Part shown: positions 63,974 to 64,000 of the stretch, piece by piece
Layout: every line of letters starts with the position of its first letter
Position numbering within the stretch: position 1 is the first letter of the stretch
From: Cyanobacteriota bacterium
GTDB taxonomy: Bacteria; Cyanobacteriota; Cyanobacteriia; Thermostichales; Thermostichaceae
Length of the DNA: 64,000 bases
Direction of reading: 5' to 3'
Assembly (NCBI GenBank): GCA_033764955.1
Contig: JANRIL010000040.1
Span: 1-64,000, forward strand
Notes under the pieces: generated by a model
The model's input: the letters and a program-made list of their open reading frames with translations, nothing else
Databases searched by the model: none
What the model was told of the DNA's origin: nothing
Made by a program: the position numbers and the translations under genes

Positions 63974-64000
63974 GGCAAACCGCCGGGATCCCACACTAGG

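Larger units (their letters stand above)
1..64000. repeat. Highly iterated palindrome GGGATCCC (HIP1 variant)
   Basis: About 95-100 copies by manual count versus about 1-2 expected by chance; GCGATCGC seen only about twice. Confidence 0.95.

Overview
A mostly core-genome 64 kb segment of a cyanobacterium. The palindrome GGGATCCC is highly iterated (about 95-100 copies by manual count) in place of canonical HIP1 GCGATCGC, which points to a Thermostichus / Yellowstone-Synechococcus-like lineage. About 58 protein genes are recognisable, including recF, pepA, glnA, ndhD2, gvpK, gcvP, flv3, crtE, mutL, map, mreCD, nrtR, tic22, prmC, rpaA, yajQ, thrB, menG, dxs, mmsA and two sensor kinases. I found no rRNA, tRNA or CRISPR array. 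Features missing from the ORF track: an IS200/IS605 (TnpB-type) right end inserted in a dead Uma2 gene at the left edge; a 94-bp IS630-type MITE; a decayed DUF5615/PIN gene beside an attC-like hairpin; an Rpn-like remnant that keeps its internally started C-terminal ORF; an NtcA promoter for glnA; and RpaB HLR1 boxes at dxs and the FLAP1-like gene. The best candidates for new biology are an 830-aa protein with MshEN-like c-di-GMP motifs at both ends of a long coiled coil, behind a ~300-nt structured leader, and a structured map-mreC intergenic RNA where mreB would normally sit. All calls are by eye; no database search was run.
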